Shown here: one piece after another, positions 1-9,080 of the stretch
Layout: the number at the start of each line of letters is the position of its first letter
Numbering within the stretch: position 1 is the first letter of the stretch
The notes under the pieces: model-generated
Databases searched by the model: none
Told to the model about the DNA's origin: nothing
Seen by the model: only the letters and a program-made list of their open reading frames with translations
IMG/VR virus record: IMGVR_UViG_3300037249_000571
Location: 3,527 to 67,526 of that record
Source: a virus
Taxonomy: Duplodnaviria; Caudoviricetes
Reading direction: 5' to 3' (one strand)
Length of the DNA stretch: 64,000 nucleotides
Position numbers and translations under genes: made by a program

Positions 1-50
1 AGAAACCGATCCGTTTTCTGGAAATCGCCTTTGTGGGTAAAAGAAATCAT
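1..50 (-). CDS. 5' end of a probable HK97-gp10-like tail component (MISFTHKGDFQKTDRF..., runs off window)
   Basis: ATG at 50-48 with AAGGAG RBS; open to position 1; position after tail chaperones and before TMP in the circular order. Confidence 0.45.
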   Translation of the reverse strand, partial: MISFTHKGDFQKTDRF

Positions 51-70
51 AGGCAGGCTCCTTTGCGCTT

Positions 71-613
71 TTATCCACGGGAGCCTGTTTTGGCCCGCCG
101 GGCTCTGTTGATGGCTGCCCATTGCAGGCCGATAGCATCCTTATTCTGCTTTTGCTTCGGCGCGTTCTGGCGCGAGCATACTTCGATCAGCGCCATCAGC
201 TGGTTTAAGTGCCATTTTTCGCATTCAAATGGAATGCCATAAGAAACCATCCATCCGTAAACCGTTTCCGCTGTTATCACCCGGCGCCGCTTTTTGTTGT
301 CGTCGCTCCGAAATTTAACGGCGGTCATCGGCTCGTCGATATAGGCTCGTATGGCGATCATATCCCGCTTTGTAAGGCACCGAAACGCATCCGGAGAAGA
401 CGCCTGGTTCACGCACATACATCGCACGTAATCCAGATTCTCCTCCGTCGTCAGCTTACTGGCGCTGTTCATGTAGCTCTTATGCCATTTTGATTCCCAC
501 TTGCGAATGGAGAGCAGAGAATGCTCCAGCTTCAGCGTCTGCGCCGGCACGTGGATATATTCATCGGTTGTTTCGTTATACAGCCGCGTCGCCCGAATGG
601 GTATCTGAAGCAT
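71..613 (-). CDS. tail assembly chaperone-like protein (second)
   Basis: 180-aa ORF with RBS; synteny between major tail gene and TMP. Confidence 0.55.
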   Translation of the reverse strand: MLQIPIRATRLYNETTDEYIHVPAQTLKLEHSLLSIRKWESKWHKSYMNSASKLTTEENLDYVRCMCVNQASSPDAFRCLTKRDMIAIRAYIDEPMTAVKFRSDDNKKRRRVITAETVYGWMVSYGIPFECEKWHLNQLMALIEVCSRQNAPKQKQNKDAIGLQWAAINRARRAKTGSRG

Positions 614-633
614 TCTCTCTCATTTCCTCTCCA

Positions 634-1071
634 TTAAGCCTCGGCCAGCAGCGGAGCGCTCGCCTGTTCGGCCGCGGCTCTTTCGGCGTTCGCTTCCAAG
701 ATCTTGTCGCGCATCTTGGCCGGCAGAATGTCACGAATGAAGGCGCTCAGCTTATCCATATCCGTGGTCAGTTCCATAAAGAGCTGATCGTAGGCGTCGG
801 TCTGGGTAAACTCGTTCCTGATTTCGTCGTTCTTGATGAACGAATGGTGGTCCAGGGATTCCCGGCCAACGCTGGTCATGATGATCTTGTCCATGATCTT
901 CACGATCTCTTCGCCGTTCTTCGTATCGAACAGCCGCTTCATCAGCACGTCCAGGCCCACGAAGGTGCCCATGTTGATCTTGGTCACTTCGGATTCACGC
1001 AGATGAAAATCAAACGTGACGTCGAATTTGGAGCCGTCAAATCCATTGCAGGTAAAAGTACGGGAAAGCAT
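634..1071 (-). CDS. tail assembly chaperone (gpG-like)
   Basis: 145-aa acidic ORF directly downstream of major tail gene; AAAGGAG RBS. Confidence 0.6.
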   Translation of the reverse strand: MLSRTFTCNGFDGSKFDVTFDFHLRESEVTKINMGTFVGLDVLMKRLFDTKNGEEIVKIMDKIIMTSVGRESLDHHSFIKNDEIRNEFTQTDAYDQLFMELTTDMDKLSAFIRDILPAKMRDKILEANAERAAAEQASAPLLAEA

Positions 1072-1110
1072 GTGTTCTATCTCCTTTCATTTTTCGCCGG
1101 TGGTTTGCAC

Positions 1111-1145
1111 ATAAATACCCCTGCCGAAGCAGCATCCGGCAGGGG
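1111..1145 (-). terminator. hairpin terminator after major tail gene
   Basis: CCCCTGCCG/CGGCAGGGG 9-bp stem followed by a short T-rich run on minus strand. Confidence 0.55.
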
Positions 1146-1166
1146 CGGTGTTTGTCGCTTAAAATG

Positions 1167-1823
1167 TTACAGAGCGTTCAGCGTGGTGATCAGCCAATCG
1201 GGATCAGGCATCGCGGAATCGCTGTTCTGGGTTCCGTACACCTTGTTCTCGATGGTCGTCATCTTGGCGGAACCCGCGTTGATGGAGTTCACCTCGAAAT
1301 GGGCCGTGGGCTTCGTAAGACCGGAAACGACCACAGGCGTGCAGTCGAAATCGAACTCGAATTCGAGAAGTTCGGGATTGTCGTCCTCAGTGTTGTATTC
1401 CACGTCGCCCACCTGGGCCACGCAGCCGTAGATGAAATGCAGGATATAGCCCTTTTCGGGAGTGGTGTCGCTGCCGATCTCAGTCCGGTAGCAAAACCCG
1501 AAAGGAGTGTGCTTCTGGCCGTGCACAATGGCGCCGGGCGCGGGAGTGGCATGGCCTAAGCATTCCTCGAATTCGTCAGGATACATAAAGCACTTCACTT
1601 TGCCCTTGGGGTCTTCGGGAGAGTAAAGCGCGGCGTACTTCATGTTATCGGCCCAAAACGCATTGGGTTCACCGCCTTCGGAATTGTCGGAGGCGGAGGT
1701 CAGGCCGTTCCAGGCTACGCCGGACTTGTAGGTGCCGTCCGAGTTCTGCACGAAAAGAACGCCCTTGCTTACGCCGCTCTGATACTCGCGCTCGCCGCTC
1801 TTATCCCATTCCAGTTGAGACAT
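1167..1823 (-). CDS. major tail protein
   Basis: 218 aa, N-terminus LEWDKSGEREYQSGVSKGVLF typical of Firmicutes siphovirus tail tube proteins; synteny. Confidence 0.85.
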   Translation of the reverse strand: MSQLEWDKSGEREYQSGVSKGVLFVQNSDGTYKSGVAWNGLTSASDNSEGGEPNAFWADNMKYAALYSPEDPKGKVKCFMYPDEFEECLGHATPAPGAIVHGQKHTPFGFCYRTEIGSDTTPEKGYILHFIYGCVAQVGDVEYNTEDDNPELLEFEFDFDCTPVVVSGLTKPTAHFEVNSINAGSAKMTTIENKVYGTQNSDSAMPDPDWLITTLNAL

Positions 1824-1837
1824 GTCGATTTCCTCCT

Positions 1838-2146
1838 TTAATAGTACAGGTTGTAAACGAAATGGTGCAGATTGTCCGCCACATAAGGGCGGTCAAACTT
1901 GCAGTGTTTGAAATTGCTCAGCATCTCCATCTTTTTGTTATCATCCGGATCATCCGTAATGTATTTGACGCAATACTGATCCATGATCAGATAAACCCCG
2001 TTATCGGCATACTTTACGTTCAGGTCTTCCAGATGATAAACAAAGCAGGGATACTCCATGGTGGTATTGGATGGCGGCTGAAAGTATACATGATCGGTTC
2101 CAAGAATTTCATGCAGTTTTGCACTCAGCTCAAGTCGTCCTCCCAT
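1838..2146 (-). CDS. tail terminator/completion protein
   Basis: VYFQPP..YP..VY motif; synteny; start moved to MGGR (GGAGGAG RBS). Confidence 0.7.
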   Translation of the reverse strand: MGGRLELSAKLHEILGTDHVYFQPPSNTTMEYPCFVYHLEDLNVKYADNGVYLIMDQYCVKYITDDPDDNKKMEMLSNFKHCKFDRPYVADNLHHFVYNLYY

Positions 2147-2453
2147 TGTATACTCCTCCAATCGTTAAGATCAGACGGGGGCTCTGTACGTCAACATGCG
2201 TGACCTTCCAACGAGCCCCCATCCACGTCACATAACGAATGGCAAAGAAGTGCTGGTAGGCGAAAGGGTCGGCCACGATGCTGATTTTATTGTTTACCGC
2301 AATATTATCGTTCGTGCTTTCCCCGTGTTCCAGCCGCCTGCTGTTTTGGAGAACGTCGCCTGAATAGGGCCGTTCGGAAACGACCGGTTTCCATACGTCA
2401 GGCTTTACTTCTGTATCAACAGCATAACCTACCATACCGTAAAACTTCGCCAT
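2130..2453 (-). CDS. head closure / head-tail adaptor
   Basis: 107 aa, YVTWMGARWKV motif, synteny after capsid. Confidence 0.7.
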   Translation of the reverse strand: MAKFYGMVGYAVDTEVKPDVWKPVVSERPYSGDVLQNSRRLEHGESTNDNIAVNNKISIVADPFAYQHFFAIRYVTWMGARWKVTHVDVQSPRLILTIGGVYNGRTT

Positions 2454-2467
2454 TTTGATGCCTCCGC

Positions 2468-2857
2468 TTATTCAGCCAAACAGGTCAGGCCCGACAGCGT
2501 AAACACCTTAGTAACAGATTCGCAGCCTTCCTTGCTCGCCACGACAGTGATCGTCTGCGTGCTCTTGTCAGCGATACGCAGCACGGCGATCCCGTCCTCA
2601 TCCAGAGTCACGGGATTCGTCACCTTCACGGTAATAGCCACGCCATCAACGCCGGGTACTTCCGCGTGAATCGCGATGTAGTTGCCGGAACTCAAATCCC
2701 CGCCAAACGCAGAGGAGTAGTCCTCAACATACTTCAAAGTACCGGTGATAGCGCTGTCACCGATGGTCACGTTGCTCTGAAGATCGGAAACGGTTTTGCC
2801 GAACAGATCCACAGAGCCGCCGATGCTGGTATCAACCTTCAAGCCTGTTAAGGGTTT
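2468..2857 (-). CDS. beta-rich (Ig-like) capsid extension, probably translated by -1 frameshift from the capsid gene
   Basis: ORF has only a TTG start with no RBS; A-AAC-CCT slippery heptamer at 2857-2851 directly before the capsid TAA opens into this frame. Confidence 0.55.
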   Translation of the reverse strand, partial: KPLTGLKVDTSIGGSVDLFGKTVSDLQSNVTIGDSAITGTLKYVEDYSSAFGGDLSSGNYIAIHAEVPGVDGVAITVKVTNPVTLDEDGIAVLRIADKSTQTITVVASKEGCESVTKVFTLSGLTCLAE

Positions 2858-4746
2858 TCAGTCACGTCTTCTTCCAGCGCGATGGCGGAGAAGGGGCGGG
2901 TGTTCGCGCCGCTCAGGCGGGTTTCAATCAGAGAAATCAGCTTATTGAAGTTCAGATCGAAATCGGTGAAGTGGCTGATTTCGCCGCCCTTGGTAGCGCC
3001 TACGTGATAGTCGCTGAAGTTGTAAACCAGAGCCAGCAGCTTCTTGGTGCGCACCACATCCTGGGTGCCGCCACCCTGTACGGGAACCCGCACGGTCACT
3101 TCACGGGTACGGTCCTCGAACTGCTCCACGGTCACGATTTTGCTCACGTTCAGCGCGGCCTTCAGTTCGTTCACGCTGTCATAAATGCGGCGGCCGTTCA
3201 GGTCGCGGGCCAGCAGCATGATGTTCAGCGTATGGGGATGGATCAGCATCATGGGACTGCCGCTGCCCTTGTACTTCTCACGGGCATACAGCAGGGTCTG
3301 GATGATGCTTTCGGCGTAAATATAGTTTTCGCCGAAGTTGGCGGCGGTGTTGGTGCCCTGGAGCTCGGTCCGCATGCTTTCCAGGTCCACGTCGGCGTGA
3401 ATGGTGTACAGCTCATCGTCGGTCCAGACGGGACGGATTTTGGTTTCATCGATCTTGCCGTCAGTGCCTTCCACGCGGCCGTCACCCAGCACGATGGCGG
3501 TGGCCAGTTCCTCGTTCAGGTCCATCCTGTCGATGCTGTACTGATACTGAACAATATCGAAGTCGGTGATATCCACCACGTCATCCCGATGAAGCTGATT
3601 CTTCACGAATACAGTGGTAGGTTCGGTGGTACGGCCCAGGAGGCTGATGTTGCCGCGGAAACCCTTTTCGGTTCCTTTCACATAGCCCTTGGCGCGCAGA
3701 TTTTCGATGTTGCGGACATCGGCATAGCGGGTGCGGATGCGGCTGATGGGGCTCTTATGGGTCCCGTTCAGTACCTCGCTGATCCAGCCCTGATCGGTGG
3801 TCAGCATTTCGGGCGCGCCGGGATTCAGCAGCTTGGGATCGGGGAACAGGGTGTGAATGTCGGCGAAGCCCAGATCATCGGCGGCGTGCGCCAATTCCTT
3901 TTTCTGCTCGGTGATGTACTTTTTCATCGCCTGCTTGAGGCCCATGTCGCCTTCCTTCGCCATCTTGATAATGGCTACGCCGTCCGCATGGCTCAGATAG
4001 GCGTCATTGGTCACGGTTTCCTGATCGAACAGGTTCTTTTTCATGGGGTCTTCCTCCTCTTCCGTTTCGGAATGTTTTACTTCGGAATCGCTCTTCTCTG
4101 CTTCGGATTCGGCGTTTCCTTCTTGGTCGAGAACGGTAGCCATAACGGCAGCGACAACGTTTCTCTGCTTTTCGGTCAGAGTATTCATGACATCCTGATA
4201 ACTTTCTTCGCCTTCCGGATCAGCTTTTTCGCTGGGGGCTTCTTTCTGTTCCTCACCGTCATCGGCATGGGCCAGCTCCAGCGGAAGTTCAATGAACTCG
4301 CCGGTGTAGATAATGCCCTGTTCCGGGTCTGTAGTGCTGGTGCCGTCGCTGTGATATACCACGGAATCGATCATGGCCCCGGGATTCGCGCCAGCGTATA
4401 CCAGGCTCACTTCCCGGATCATGCCGTGAATCACGGTCTTGGCTTCTTCTTTCAGCTGATTGGCATAGATCGAAAGCGCAGTAATGTCCTTATGCAGAAC
4501 CAATTTTTTACTGTTCAGGCCGGAGTCAGTGTCATTAAAAAAGCATTCCACACGCATGTCGCCGTTGGCGCTGTGCAGAATGCCATATCCGAGAACAGTA
4601 TCCGGCGTGGAGTGATTATGGTTCCACACCAGCGGCACCTTTTGCCCGTCCTGATGTTTGAATGCGTCCTTTGCGATGATGCGCCCGTCGGAACAACGCA
4701 TGTTGGCCCGCGTCGCATAACCTGCAAAATCGTATTCCTCAGCCAT
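2848..4746 (-). CDS. prohead protease - scaffold - major capsid fusion (HK97 type)
   Basis: N-terminal FAGYA..DGRII..VPLVWNH (HK97-type protease), acidic linker, C-terminal capsid-like region; directly after portal. Confidence 0.85.
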   Translation of the reverse strand: MAEEYDFAGYATRANMRCSDGRIIAKDAFKHQDGQKVPLVWNHNHSTPDTVLGYGILHSANGDMRVECFFNDTDSGLNSKKLVLHKDITALSIYANQLKEEAKTVIHGMIREVSLVYAGANPGAMIDSVVYHSDGTSTTDPEQGIIYTGEFIELPLELAHADDGEEQKEAPSEKADPEGEESYQDVMNTLTEKQRNVVAAVMATVLDQEGNAESEAEKSDSEVKHSETEEEEDPMKKNLFDQETVTNDAYLSHADGVAIIKMAKEGDMGLKQAMKKYITEQKKELAHAADDLGFADIHTLFPDPKLLNPGAPEMLTTDQGWISEVLNGTHKSPISRIRTRYADVRNIENLRAKGYVKGTEKGFRGNISLLGRTTEPTTVFVKNQLHRDDVVDITDFDIVQYQYSIDRMDLNEELATAIVLGDGRVEGTDGKIDETKIRPVWTDDELYTIHADVDLESMRTELQGTNTAANFGENYIYAESIIQTLLYAREKYKGSGSPMMLIHPHTLNIMLLARDLNGRRIYDSVNELKAALNVSKIVTVEQFEDRTREVTVRVPVQGGGTQDVVRTKKLLALVYNFSDYHVGATKGGEISHFTDFDLNFNKLISLIETRLSGANTRPFSAIALEEDVTENP

Positions 4747-5998
4747 GTTGATTTTTCACCTCTTTTGGTTGCTCTCCACGGGTTTCACGACCGGGTGGAA
4801 CGAGCATTTTCTTATCCTCCTGGGACGCGCTCAGGTTCTTGTTCCGAAGCACATCGGCATTGGGATCGTCGCTGGGCGTCATACCGATCACCTGACGAAC
4901 TTCATTGGAAGTCATGATTTCGTTCCGGGTGAACTTATCGGCGATCTCGGCAATATTGTTCACGGGCACCAGCTTAAACGGATCGCGGAAGAACATGATC
5001 TTCTGTCCCTGCGTCCTGGCTGTTTTGGTCAGGAACTTCCGGTTCATTTCTTCGGTCACAGCGGTCACAAGAGGCTCAAGCATCCTGGTCTGGTAGTTCA
5101 GCATTTCCTGCTCGTCGGCGGTCCCGTCCAATATGGCCTGAGAGAAACCGAACTGATTAAAAAGCTGATTCGTCAGATACTCGATGTGCTTAAGCAAGTT
5201 GTTTTCCACAGGCCGGTTCAGCTGCGTCACGTGCTCCGTGCCGTCGATATAGGCGATACCGTATTTCCCCTCGGCCAGTTGCCGCTCCACGTCCTTGCGG
5301 CGTCTTTCCGCCTGATCCTGGCGAATTTTTGATTTCACCGTGTAAGGAAGCTGAATGATCAGATCCAGTTTTCCGCTGCTGGTCTGTTCGTCTACCGCGT
5401 CCAGCAAACTCAGTTTCCGGCTCAGCCGCTGCAATACGGAATTCGGCTCGTTCATCACGGCGTACAACGGATTCTCAACAATGCACGCGATGCTTTTGGG
5501 GACGATCGCTTCCCGATGCTTTCCCAAATTCTCATCGTACACATCGACGCGGATATGATGCGGATACCAGTCCAGAATGCGGGCCGTTCGCATCGAATAA
5601 ATCTTGAAAGTCCCGGAATCATCTGGTTCGTCATCCGTGTCGATCGGTACAACGGCTACGCACCCGTCGTCCAATAAACTGGCATAAATGTCCTGCCGGA
5701 AGCTTCGCGCCGCCTGATCCAAATTAGCTTCTACGGTCAGGCAGTTGTTCAGATCAGATTCGATCGTCTCCTTATAGCGCTTATTCTCATCGAGGCGGAC
5801 ATGTTTGATATCGATAGCGGCGGCGTCCATGGCGATTCGATTTTCCACGGAAGCTACGATGGATCGTTCGTTCCCTCTGCTGAATCGAATCCTGTCCGGA
5901 CGGTATCCGTAAGACGGGCCGAGATCGAGAACGCTTTTGGTAGGGTCTTTGTTCCTGAAAATGTTCCAGACGTGTCTGATTCCGTCCAGCCAACCCAT
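4739..5998 (-). CDS. portal protein
   Basis: 419 aa from MGWLDG (AGGAGG RBS); HK97-type portal features; between terL and protease/capsid. Confidence 0.9.
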   Translation of the reverse strand: MGWLDGIRHVWNIFRNKDPTKSVLDLGPSYGYRPDRIRFSRGNERSIVASVENRIAMDAAAIDIKHVRLDENKRYKETIESDLNNCLTVEANLDQAARSFRQDIYASLLDDGCVAVVPIDTDDEPDDSGTFKIYSMRTARILDWYPHHIRVDVYDENLGKHREAIVPKSIACIVENPLYAVMNEPNSVLQRLSRKLSLLDAVDEQTSSGKLDLIIQLPYTVKSKIRQDQAERRRKDVERQLAEGKYGIAYIDGTEHVTQLNRPVENNLLKHIEYLTNQLFNQFGFSQAILDGTADEQEMLNYQTRMLEPLVTAVTEEMNRKFLTKTARTQGQKIMFFRDPFKLVPVNNIAEIADKFTRNEIMTSNEVRQVIGMTPSDDPNADVLRNKNLSASQEDKKMLVPPGRETRGEQPKEVKNQHG

Positions 5999-6083
5999 TT
6001 TGATAAGTCCTCCTATATCGTAGATTGGAAAAAGGCAATAAAAAAGACCGCGGACTTGTCGTCCACGGTGATCGGTATATGTC

Positions 6084-6281
6084 CTAAATTCGTTCAAGTT
6101 GCTCGGCCGTACATTCGTATTGCGGGAAACGAAGATTGAAAGCATCTGGATCGCTGCTGGGACCTTCCGTTAGATCCTCAACGGTGTAATAAACGTTTCC
6201 GTCACGTCCTCGATAGATGTCAATGATTTCTCCAATTACACCTTTATCAACGATACGAACACGGTCGTAAAGATCAAACAT
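6084..6281 (-). CDS. putative immunity protein (DUF4926-like)
   Basis: 65 aa, D.V.I...G..G.I pattern, directly downstream of toxin-like ORF, followed by hairpin at about 6041-6072. Confidence 0.45.
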   Translation of the reverse strand: MFDLYDRVRIVDKGVIGEIIDIYRGRDGNVYYTVEDLTEGPSSDPDAFNLRFPQYECTAEQLERI

Positions 6282-6288
6282 TTTGCTT

Positions 6289-6774
6289 TTAATCCTCCTT
6301 TACTCGCCGATCGAGATATGCGCTCGTCATGCGAGGCTCGTCTCCAGGTTCATCGATTTGCCAGGAAGTCGTGAATGTTCGCTGCTTTGTCACGCCAAGC
6401 TTCATCGGGATGGCGAATTGCTCCGCGCCTGATTCCCTGAACCTGCTTTCACTTTTCTTATTCATATCGAACCCGCTTTGTATATGCTGAAAAAGAATCG
6501 CTTCGTCGGTTTCTTTATAACCGACTTCAAAGAATTCTTTAGCATGCGGTTTGTCGGGGTTAAGACAATATTTCGCCAATTTGCTTTGAGCAACGGCAAA
6601 ACCCTTCGTACTATGATATATCCCGTCAACCATTGTAGCAGATTCTTCTGATTTTTCAATAGTCTTTCGTCTCGGCTCATGGCCTAATTGTTCTGGGCTT
6701 CTGCGAACGCCCCATTTCATTCCCTTTACGCCGTAATGGCAGAGAACGCCACCCAAGAATTGTTCGTAGATCAT
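6289..6774 (-). CDS. HYG-KGMKWGVRR leader protein with C-terminal DUF6883-like putative nuclease toxin domain
   Basis: leader LCHYGVKGMKWGVRRSPEQLGH; C-terminal KLAKYCLNPDKPH...TSWQID...PRMTSAY resembles DUF6883 (recalled, unverified). Confidence 0.55.
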   Translation of the reverse strand: MIYEQFLGGVLCHYGVKGMKWGVRRSPEQLGHEPRRKTIEKSEESATMVDGIYHSTKGFAVAQSKLAKYCLNPDKPHAKEFFEVGYKETDEAILFQHIQSGFDMNKKSESRFRESGAEQFAIPMKLGVTKQRTFTTSWQIDEPGDEPRMTSAYLDRRVKED

Positions 6775-6776
6775 CC

Positions 6777-8522
6777 TCAGTCAAACGCCTCCCTGTTGAT
6801 CTTGTACGCCACATAAGCATCCATCATAGCCGCCACCGCGTCGATTTTTTGGTCGTATCGCTTTTTCAGCAGCTTTTTATTACCGTTGGTGTCGGTAATC
6901 ACGATACAGTTGCCCATGGCAAAGGTCATCAGCTTTTCGTCAAATAACAGCATCCGTTCCTCGGACAGCTTTTTCAGCTCACCCAACGGAACGGACTCTG
7001 TTTTCATACCTTGTATTACTATTTCTATCCCGAACGGGCCGTTTTCTGTTTCCCATCGGGCCACGAAATCCTTTGCGTTATAGGGATCATACCCGAAACA
7101 GCGCACATCGTATTCTTTTTCCTCAATAAAGCGGTCCAAATCGTCGTATACATCCATCATATCCAGCACGGTTCCGTCCATGACTACCAGGCTTCCTTCC
7201 CGAATGAATTCTTCGTATTTGAAATGAAGAGCGCTCGGCAGCCGGTCGAAAGTGAGCTGAGAAATGTAATCACGGGTCTTTACGCCAAAGCTTCCGTCTC
7301 CCAAAGGAAACAGGAAGGTGAACGCGCAAAAGTCATCGCCCATGGATAGGTCAGCGCCCAGCGCACAGGACATCCGCCAGAAGCTCCTGGACCGATGCGC
7401 CTGCGTCTCATCGTAAGAGAAGTAGTAGGTATAACCTTCTGCGGGAATGCCGAATCGCTTCGCCAGAATGTCGTTCTTTTCTGACGGCGATTTCTCCATC
7501 TTGTCAACATCGCGCTGGTATGTTTCGTAGCTGACGGTCTTTCCCAAATTGGGGTTGGCCTTCAGCCACATTTCAGGCTTGCCGACTTCCGAAATATCAT
7601 CCAGCCTGTAGTACCAGATGCTCACCCACGGCGCGATGATCTCGCCCCGCAGAATGTTCATCAGCTCCATTTTGATGGTGTCGCCGATCGCGTTGCGAAC
7701 GGTCCCTTCGGAGCTGAGGGCCACGATCAGATAATCGTCGATCTTGCTGCTGCCCTGCTCGATAGCGCCGATTACGTTTTCCCTTACGTCACAGGAAAGC
7801 CATTCGTCCACGGTCGCGATCTTGGTTCGCAGGGATTGCAGCTTGTCGATGCTCATAGGCACCGTTTCAATGCGGCTTCCGGTGCAGAAATTCTCGATGC
7901 CCTTTTTGGTACTGGCCAGGATGGGCCGGTTCAGCTTGCTGCCGGTCGTGTTCTGGATGCTTCCCCTGGTCAGCAGCTTGAATAAGGGGCCGCGGGCGCG
8001 GGTGATAGACGTTCGGATGGGCGACAGCGTTTCCTCCGCCTGACGCATGGTAAACGCGGTTGCGATCTGATGCGTCGTGCTGCTGTCAATGTTCAGGAAA
8101 TAGCTTTGGATGCAGCTGGCATACATGGTTTTCGCGGCGCCTCTGGCTACGATCAGATATTGCTTATTCGTAAGCCGTTTGAGCCGCTTCTTCCGAACGT
8201 AGACGATCCCGGTCCCCGCCTTATTGGGCATGGGCACCGTCCGCTCCACGTAATAATACCAGCCAAAGATCTGTTCCGCCCACAGCTTGAAGCTGTCCAG
8301 CAAATTCAAATCCGAGCCGTCGGTAAGGGTAAGTTCGTTATTGCAGTATTCAATGAATCCCTCAACCGCCTGGTCGTCGTAATACATCCCCGGATTGGCG
8401 ATCAGATCATCGATCCGATTCATCTCCATCTCGATCTCTCGATTGATGGGGATTTGCCCGGCCATTACGGCATCTCGGAACATGCCGTAATACTTTGGTA
8501 CAGCAGTGTTCGATAATGCCAT
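6777..8522 (-). CDS. terL: terminase large subunit
   Basis: 581 aa; Walker A VARGAAKT, Walker B ATVDE, nuclease GADLS and KIDAVAA. Confidence 0.95.
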   Translation of the reverse strand: MALSNTAVPKYYGMFRDAVMAGQIPINREIEMEMNRIDDLIANPGMYYDDQAVEGFIEYCNNELTLTDGSDLNLLDSFKLWAEQIFGWYYYVERTVPMPNKAGTGIVYVRKKRLKRLTNKQYLIVARGAAKTMYASCIQSYFLNIDSSTTHQIATAFTMRQAEETLSPIRTSITRARGPLFKLLTRGSIQNTTGSKLNRPILASTKKGIENFCTGSRIETVPMSIDKLQSLRTKIATVDEWLSCDVRENVIGAIEQGSSKIDDYLIVALSSEGTVRNAIGDTIKMELMNILRGEIIAPWVSIWYYRLDDISEVGKPEMWLKANPNLGKTVSYETYQRDVDKMEKSPSEKNDILAKRFGIPAEGYTYYFSYDETQAHRSRSFWRMSCALGADLSMGDDFCAFTFLFPLGDGSFGVKTRDYISQLTFDRLPSALHFKYEEFIREGSLVVMDGTVLDMMDVYDDLDRFIEEKEYDVRCFGYDPYNAKDFVARWETENGPFGIEIVIQGMKTESVPLGELKKLSEERMLLFDEKLMTFAMGNCIVITDTNGNKKLLKKRYDQKIDAVAAMMDAYVAYKINREAFD

Positions 8523-8599
8523 AAATCACCTTCTGAACAAATGAAAAGAGGACCTGTAATCGGCCCTCAACTCAACCTACTGAATAGAAAAGCGGTACA

Positions 8600-9004
8600 T
8601 TATGCTCGCAGTTTTTGACTCACTTCATATAAGTGGTCGCCAACGTCAATTGCATTCACCGACTCGTTAAGCCATTTAGAAATTGTTTGATATTGGCTCC
8701 GCATCTTGATTGCAAGACCGGCAGCGACGGAAACGCTCCCAATAACTGCAAGTGCGCTCTTGATGGCACGGTGTCCACGTTCCACAGAAGACGGATTCAT
8801 TTGGCTGTACTGTCGTTCCATGTTCAACCGATTCAACCGGTTTCTGAGTTCGGTATCACTCATATTCTTCACGCTTTTACGATCGTGCGCATTTTTGTAA
8901 TCTGCATGTTCCTGTTTTTCAGCAGGAGTATGCCCAAGTTGTTCCGGAGTCCTGCGGACGCCCCATTTCATACCTTTGATTCCATGATGATTAAGCTCGC
9001 TCAT
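8600..9004 (-). CDS. HHG-KGMKWGVRR leader protein, probable head-associated protein
   Basis: N-terminus ELNHHGIKGMKWGVRRTPEQLGH nearly identical to leader of 6289..6774. Confidence 0.65.
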   Translation of the reverse strand: MSELNHHGIKGMKWGVRRTPEQLGHTPAEKQEHADYKNAHDRKSVKNMSDTELRNRLNRLNMERQYSQMNPSSVERGHRAIKSALAVIGSVSVAAGLAIKMRSQYQTISKWLNESVNAIDVGDHLYEVSQKLRA

Positions 9005-9080
9005 GGCAGAGGATCTCCTTTCTTTGGAAATAAAAAGACCGGCTTACCGATCATAGCAAGCCAGTCCGTATCGATATTTC

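Noticed and set aside
613-634. G/GT-type frameshift between tail chaperone genes
   Set aside because: No clear slippery heptamer at the junction, and the second gene has its own RBS and ATG
2971-4917. Long plus-strand ORFs (for example 648 aa here; also 19676..21217, 44144..45739, 51482..53080)
   Set aside because: Antisense shadows of well-supported minus-strand genes in GC-rich sequence; no motifs or RBS support
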